Positions 38,800-44,909 of a stretch of 44,909 bases of DNA are shown piece after piece; position 1 is the stretch's first letter; each line of letters opens with the position of its first letter. Source of the DNA: Octopus bimaculoides. Taxonomy: Eukaryota. The stretch spans positions 3,458,985 to 3,503,893 of the forward strand of contig NC_068990.1 in assembly GCF_001194135.2 (NCBI RefSeq), given 5' to 3'. Position numbers and translations under genes: made by a program. Below the pieces are notes generated by a model. The model worked only from the letters and a program-made list of their open reading frames with translations. It was not told the origin of the DNA and did no database searches.

Positions 38800-39031
38800 T
38801 TATTTCTTTACTACCCACAAGGGGCTACACACATAGGGGACAAACAAAGACAGACAAACGGATTAAGTCGATTATATCGACCCCAGTGCGTAACTGGTAC
38901 TTATTTAATCGACCCCGAAAGGATGAAAGGCAAAGTCGACCTCGGCGGAATTTGAACTCAGAACGTAGCGGCAGACGAAATACCGCCAAGCATTTCGCCC
39001 GGCGTGCTAACGTTTCTGCCAGCTCGCCGCC
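38800..39031 (-). mobile_element. tRNA-derived SINE, family A, young full-length copy
   Basis: Reverse complement GGCGGCGAGCTGGCAGAAACGTTAGCACGCC...GTTCTGAGTTCAAATTCCGCCGAGGTCGACTTTGCCTTTCATCCTTTCGGGGTCGAT, CpG-rich, tail ...TTGTGGGTAGTAAAGAAATA. Confidence 0.92.
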
Positions 39032-39803
39032 TATTATATACAAGTGTGTATATATTTTATATATATATATATATTGTATTGTAGTTTATTGCACGTGTAC
39101 ATATGTGTGCAAATATATTTATACATACATATATGTATGTATAAGTATTTATACATACATATACAAAAGANNNNNNNNNNNNNNNNNNNNNNNNNNNNNN
39201 NNNNNNNNNNNNNNNNNNNNNNNNNNNNNNNNNNNNNNNNNNNNNNNNNNNNNNNNNNNNNNNNNNNNNNNNNNNNNNNNNNNNNNNNNNNNNNNNNNNN
39301 NNNNNNNNNNNNNNNNNNNNNNNNNNNNNNNNNNNNNNNNNNNNNNNNNNNNNNNNNNNNNNNNNNNNNNNNNNNNNNNNNNNNNNNNNNNNNNNNNNNN
39401 NNNNNNNNNNNNNNNNNNNNNNNNNNNNNNNNNNNNNNNNNNNNNNNNNNNNNNNNNNNNNNNNNNNNNNNNNNNNNNNNNNNNNNNNNNNNNNNNNNNN
39501 NNNNNNNNNNNNNNNNNNNNNNNNNNNNNNNNNNNNNNNNNNNNNNNNNNNNNNNNNNNNNNNNNNNNNNNNNNNNNNNNNNNNNNNNNNNNNNNNNNNN
39601 NNNNNNNNNNNNNNNNNNNNNNNNNNNNNNNNNNNNNNNNNNNNNNNNNNNNNNNNNNNNNNNNNNNNNNNNNNNNNNNNNNNNNNNNNNNNNNNNNNNN
39701 NNNNNNNNNNNNNNNNNNNNNNNNNNNNNNNNNNNNNNNNNNNNNNNNNNNNNNNNNNNNNNNNNNNNNNNNNNNNNNNNNNNNNNNNNNNNNNNNNNNN
39801 NNN

Positions 39804-39804
39804 N

Positions 39805-39880
<76 letters not shown>
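39804..39880. repeat. (CT)n microsatellite
   Basis: Direct reading. Confidence 0.95.
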
Positions 39881-39881
<1 letters not shown>

Positions 39882-39985
39882 TTTCTTTTTTTAAGGCTCG
39901 GTAGGGAGTAGCAAATCTGAAAAAATAGAGTTTGTGGGTGCAGAGAAATATTTGGTCCTGAAGTTTGACGGTTTAAGCAGCAGCC

Positions 39986-40175
39986 GCAGAAAGAGAAAGC
40001 GAAGAAGAAGGGGAAGAAAGCGAAGAAGAAGGGGAAGAAAGCGAAGAAGAAGGCGAAGAAGAAGGCGGAGAAGAGGAAGGCGAAGAAGAAGGCGAAGAAG
40101 AAGGCGGAGAAGAGGAAGGCGAAGAGGAAGGCGAAGAGGAAGGCGAAGAAGAAGGCGAAGAAGGCGAAGAAGGCG

Positions 40176-40204
<29 letters not shown>
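39986..40204. repeat. Purine-rich compound satellite (GAAGAAGAAGGC / GAAGAGGAAGGC / GAA)
   Basis: Direct reading; source of the poly-R and poly-L ORFs. Confidence 0.93.
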
Positions 40205-40206
<2 letters not shown>

Positions 40207-40410
40207 GCTACGACAAAGTAATATAGGCTGTCGGTGGAATCTACTTTAATGGTCAAGTGGCCTAAAAGTGACTTGTTGGGGTTGTAACAGTAGTTGTACG
40301 AACTATTCTTAATAAATTCATGCGTAGTGTTCTTAATATATCTATCGTTTTTTATATTTGCGCGAATTTTTTTCTAAGTTCCTTGTTGTATTGTTATCCG
40401 TAGTGGAAGC

Positions 40411-40710
40411 ATTCAAAGGAGGTTTCTATTTTGCGACAGAATATGATTCTTTGTTTATACGCTGATTATAGGCTGTATTGTCCCTAAATTTATAGAGCTT
40501 CTATAATTCTAAAATTGGGTTGTTTCTTAGTGGTGCAAATGTCGATGTGCTCGCTTAATGCTATTTTTCTGTATTCCTCTATCTTATCTGGGATCTATAT
40601 GCGATCATCCTCTGGCGTAGACAGATTTTAGTTTCACTAATGTATTGCTCTCGATACCCTGAGCAAGTTAACACATATATTAGGTTTTCCGAAGCACATA
40701 TATTTGAAGG
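40411..40710 (-). pseudogene. Penelope-like element GIY-YIG endonuclease remnant
   Basis: Manual minus-strand translation: CASENLIYVLTCSGYREQYISETKICLRQRM...ALSEHIDIC...RINKESY..K*KPPLN, i.e. decayed NLIY...YIGET...R...H...KE...P.LN; stops and frameshifts; RT part not seen. Confidence 0.82.
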
Positions 40711-40725
40711 AGACTCATATATATA

Positions 40726-40759
<34 letters not shown>

Positions 40760-41262
40760 NNNNNNNNNNNNNNNNNNNNNNNNNNNNNNNNNNNNNNNNN
40801 NNNNNNNNNNNNNNNNNNNNNNNNNNNNNNNNNNNNNNNNNNNNNNNNNNNNNNNNNNNNNNNNNNNNNNNNNNNNNNNNNNNNNNNNNNNNNNNNNNNN
40901 NNNNNNNNNNNNNNNNNNNNNNNNNNNNNNNNNNNNNNNNNNNNNNNNNNNNNNNNNNNNNNNNNNNNNNNNNNNNNNNNNNNNNNNNNNNNNNNNNNNN
41001 NNNNNNNNNNNNNNNNNNNNNNNNNNNNNNNNNNNNNNNNNNNNNNNNNNNNNNNNNNNNNNNNNNNNNNNNNNNNNNNNNNNNNNNNNNNNNNNNNNNN
41101 NNNNNNNNNNNNNNNNNNNNNNNNNNNNNNNNNNNNNNNNNNNNNNNNNNNNNNNNNNNNNNNNNNNNNNNNNNNNNNNNNNNNNNNNNNNNNNNNNNNN
41201 NNNNNNNNNNNNNNNNNNNNNNNNNNNNNNNNNNNNNNNNNNNNNNNNNNNNNNNNNNNNNN

Positions 41263-41298
<36 letters not shown>

Positions 41299-42222
41299 GA
41301 GGCAACTCGTGATTTCCAGTTTTTATTTCCGTGTTGTCTTTATATGCATTCTACTTTTTTAATGTTTTTCTCATTCTACTTAACCGTGTTTTCAAAACAG
41401 ACCATGCATATTGCACATTTGAGCCTTATAGATTGCTTGGAAACATAAGGGTTGTTATATAAGCTTTTCACTTTATTGCGTTTTCACAGCATGCAATTAA
41501 TAGAATTTTGAATTTAAATACCGTGTATATTAATTGCTATGTATGTCTCACTGGATGAAATACATTTTTTATGTTGATCCTAAAATAAACGGAACAGGAA
41601 AATGTGTTTGTGTGTGAGTGTGTTTTTGTCGGTGTGTGCGCGCGCGTTGAAAAATTATATTTCGAAAAATTATATATGTATCGGAAAACATTTAGTGTGT
41701 AATTTGTGCGATTTGTGGCTGCTGTACATAACACCTCGAATAACCAGATACTTCTTAAATAATTTGTTTATGCCACTTTATGTCACACATATTCTGCGTG
41801 GGAAGACCTCGAATATGTGAATCTACCGAGATGTACATATTTACATATTCACCTCTTATTGTTTTTCAACGACCAAAACCGAATGTTGCGAATCTAGTTT
41901 GTTTGGAAGAAAGTCGAGCAAACATTTGAGAAATTATAATTCTTAAATGGATCTTTACTTTCCCTCTTCGTTTATATTTCGCACAGGCCTGGCAATGAAC
42001 CATTTGATTTCCTCGATATTCTTACAATATCTGATATTCCTTCATTTTCTCAGGTTCCTTATTTTTCTTACAACAATGATTGATAAACTACTTGTCAAAT
42101 TTTTTGCCAAAGGCATCTATATAGGTATTATGTATTATCAGGAGGGCAGTGTAGTACTTCACAATAAAGAAGATGACTATACATACATGCATACACACAC
42201 ACATGTCTACATATGCATGTAT

Positions 42223-42281
<59 letters not shown>

Positions 42282-42543
42282 NNNNNNNNNNNNNNNNNNN
42301 NNNNNNNNNNNNNNNNNNNNNNNNNNNNNNNNNNNNNNNNNNNNNNNNNNNNNNNNNNNNNNNNNNNNNNNNNNNNNNNNNNNNNNNNNNNNNNNNNNNN
42401 NNNNNNNNNNNNNNNNNNNNNNNNNNNNNNNNNNNNNNNNNNNNNNNNNNNNNNNNNNNNNNNNNNNNNNNNNNNNNNNNNNNNNNNNNNNNNNNNNNNN
42501 NNNNNNNNNNNNNNNNNNNNNNNNNNNNNNNNNNNNNNNNNNN

Positions 42544-42574
<31 letters not shown>

Positions 42575-43309
42575 GATATATACAAACACGTACACATATA
42601 TTTATACATACATACATACATACATACATACATACATACATACATACATACAAACACATGCATACACCCATTTTCCCATTATCATATAATGCATAAACAA
42701 ACATTGTTATGATATAGGAAAAGTTAAAATGTTTTAAAAGAGGATAAAATATATATTTTTGTTTGTTGACAGGTGTCATAAATGTTAAAAATTAATACAA
42801 TGATATTTTCGATGCTGACTACAGGGATGAGTGAAATATCAATTTCAGAACTATGCAAATGCTTTTAAGATTGTTTTTCGTTTTATTATTTCTTGTGAAT
42901 TTAAAGCAGGTATGCAGAATAATATCTGATTATTTATTCATTTTGCAGAACATATTGTATAGCTGTCCAAGCTCTGCAGATATGTTTATATATGTCTTTA
43001 GTGTTACTATTTCAATTTCCTAAATGTTTGTAATTTTATTTTTCGGATTCGCATATCGAAATAAGTAATTAATATACTTTATGAACACAAATATTTAAGA
43101 AACCAACATCCGTTTATACACATATTGTGTTCCAACAAACATTGATGTGTGGGATGACTGTGTTTAGTACCATGATGTACGAGAAAAGAGAATATTTCGG
43201 GCCAACAGGTATGCACTTATTTGATATAGTTATTGCCTGATGGTGTATGTGTGTGCGTGCGCATGTATGTGTATGAGTGTGCACATTTATATTCAGAAAT
43301 ATGCATATA

Positions 43310-43895
43310 CACTCTAAACGCTTTGCAAGGTATGTTTTTGAAAGTAGTGGTTTTATGATTGCAGCCCTCCCGTGAAATCCGGATTTGTGCAGCACCCGGT
43401 GAACAGCTTTTGGGGAAACTGGGTTCTTGAGGTGGTCATTAAGCTCAACAGTAATTTTGGGAGCTGTCCTTTTGAGATTCTTTTATAAGAATTCGCGTAG
43501 AATTTCGACGGTCCCTATCTGAAAGTTTTGGTTTTCCTCCGAAGCTTTGTTTCGACGAGGAGTTTCTTTCCCTCTTACCCAAAGGCTGTCATTACTTCCG
43601 AGACAGCATTTCTTGATACAACAAACGTTTCGGCTGTTTTCGTTACGCTAACGCCTGCCACACGAACACCAACAATTTGTCCTCTTTGAAAGTCCGATAG
43701 ATCTGTCATTTTAATGAAATTTAATAACCTTTTTCTGATGATATCTTAAAAGAAATTTTAACAAAACATATTAAGCAACACTAATAATAAATTAAAAAAA
43801 CAAACTAAATTAAACAAGGCTTTGACGGTTTTATAGATATTTCAAAATAATAATGCTATGATGGTAGGTGTTTCTATTATTGTGTCCAACCCCTG
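43310..43895 (-). mobile_element. Tc1 transposon 5' fragment (one TIR plus transposase N-terminus)
   Basis: ATG at 43709 (minus): MTDLSDFQRGQIVGVRVAGVSVTKTAE...ITVELNDHLKNPVSPKAVHRVLHKSGFHGRAAIIKPLLSK..AKRLE; terminus CAGGGGTTGGACACAATAATAGAAA ending at 43895 next to TA. Confidence 0.9.
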
Positions 43896-43900
43896 TATAT

Positions 43901-43962
<62 letters not shown>

Positions 43963-44317
43963 GTTAATGTGGGGACCTGGGCACAATATAACCGTATAGG
44001 CAAAATTTTGTCATTACCAATTGTGATTGTATTTATTACAAGCACATTTATTTCTAGAAATAGCATTGAAGCCTCTTATAGCGGCGAAAAAATACATTTA
44101 TATATATTGACAAGGTAAATAATCACCACATGAACAAAGCGAAGCTGGAGCACTGGATTGTACAGTTTTATCCGCATAGGAATTGTCAACCGTATGCCTC
44201 CATCAGAGAAATCTGTGAAACCGGTTTAAACTTTAAATATTTTAAAATAAATGCTGTAAATGAATACCAGTGCATTTTCAACATCTTTTTTCAATTTAAT
44301 GTTTTAAGGCGCCTCCC

Positions 44318-44362
44318 CACCATGGCCGCATTCTAATGACTGAAACAAGTAAAAGATTAAAG
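44318..44362 (+). mobile_element. 3' tail fragment of CORE-type SINE
   Basis: CATGGCCGCATTCTAATGACTGAAACAAGTAAAAGA matches the tail at 19286-19320. Confidence 0.7.
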
Positions 44363-44385
44363 ATAGACAGATAGATACATAGATC

Positions 44386-44420
<35 letters not shown>
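44363..44420. repeat. (GATA)n microsatellite
   Basis: Direct reading. Confidence 0.95.
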
Positions 44421-44440
<20 letters not shown>

Positions 44441-44834
44441 GCAAATATTCAAGAAACAGGTGACCGTGAGAATCAAATTATGAACCCGGCCAGTTGCGAT
44501 GAGTTTTGCAAGTGACACGGTAGACATTGTTATAACATGTCCTTATCCATTAGTTATACTGCTCTAAATTTCAGAAGAAATATAGTAATTAGATGAAGAA
44601 ATTTCAAGTGTCGACGACGAGTTCACTGCCAGCTGTTTGTGTAGTCATTTGACCAGGCTGATAATTATATGAAAATCATGATATAACGTTTCCAGATGTG
44701 AACAGCATCTTCCATATACCTAAGCAATCTTAGGTTTCAAATGAATTCGCAGTTATACGTCATTTACCTAACTAATAGCATTCCATTGTCACCAGATACA
44801 TAAGCGATATATACATGTATTATACATATGCATA

Positions 44835-44840
<6 letters not shown>

Positions 44841-44909
<69 letters not shown>
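44841..44909. repeat. (TA)n-(TG)n microsatellite
   Basis: Direct reading. Confidence 0.95.

Noticed and set aside
41760-42170. A-rich minus-strand segment as a possible N-terminus of the Penelope element
   Set aside because: No PLE RT motifs between it and the GIY-YIG remnant; linkage unsupported.
42820-42845. TACAGGGATGAG as the missing partner TIR of the Tc1 at 43895
   Set aside because: It matches only the first few bases of the TIR; the element appears truncated at about 43310.

Overview
AT-rich, repeat-dense animal genomic DNA with nine N gaps. The SINE families and microsatellite landscape suggest an octopus-type cephalopod (inference, not searched). No host protein-coding gene, rRNA, true tRNA or CRISPR array can be supported, and most ORFs in the track are microsatellite or gap artefacts. 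The window holds at least three tRNA-derived SINE families, two decayed Tc1/mariner copies, a 171-bp MITE with an 8-bp TSD, a Penelope-like GIY-YIG remnant, a probable piggyBac C-terminal remnant and a weakly supported, heavily decayed L1-like ORF2. The standout is a ~2.16-kb insert (30467-32623) that splits a CORE-type SINE just after its box A. It has a 14-bp TSD (13/14), ends in AATAAA, and carries two mutually homologous L1/Tx1-type ORF1 (gag-like) frames but no visible reverse transcriptase. It is a candidate ORF1-only (HAL1-like), possibly SINE-targeting, retroelement; a 282-N gap inside it limits certainty. A near-perfect 53-bp-arm hairpin at 1974-2083 is the second most notable structure.
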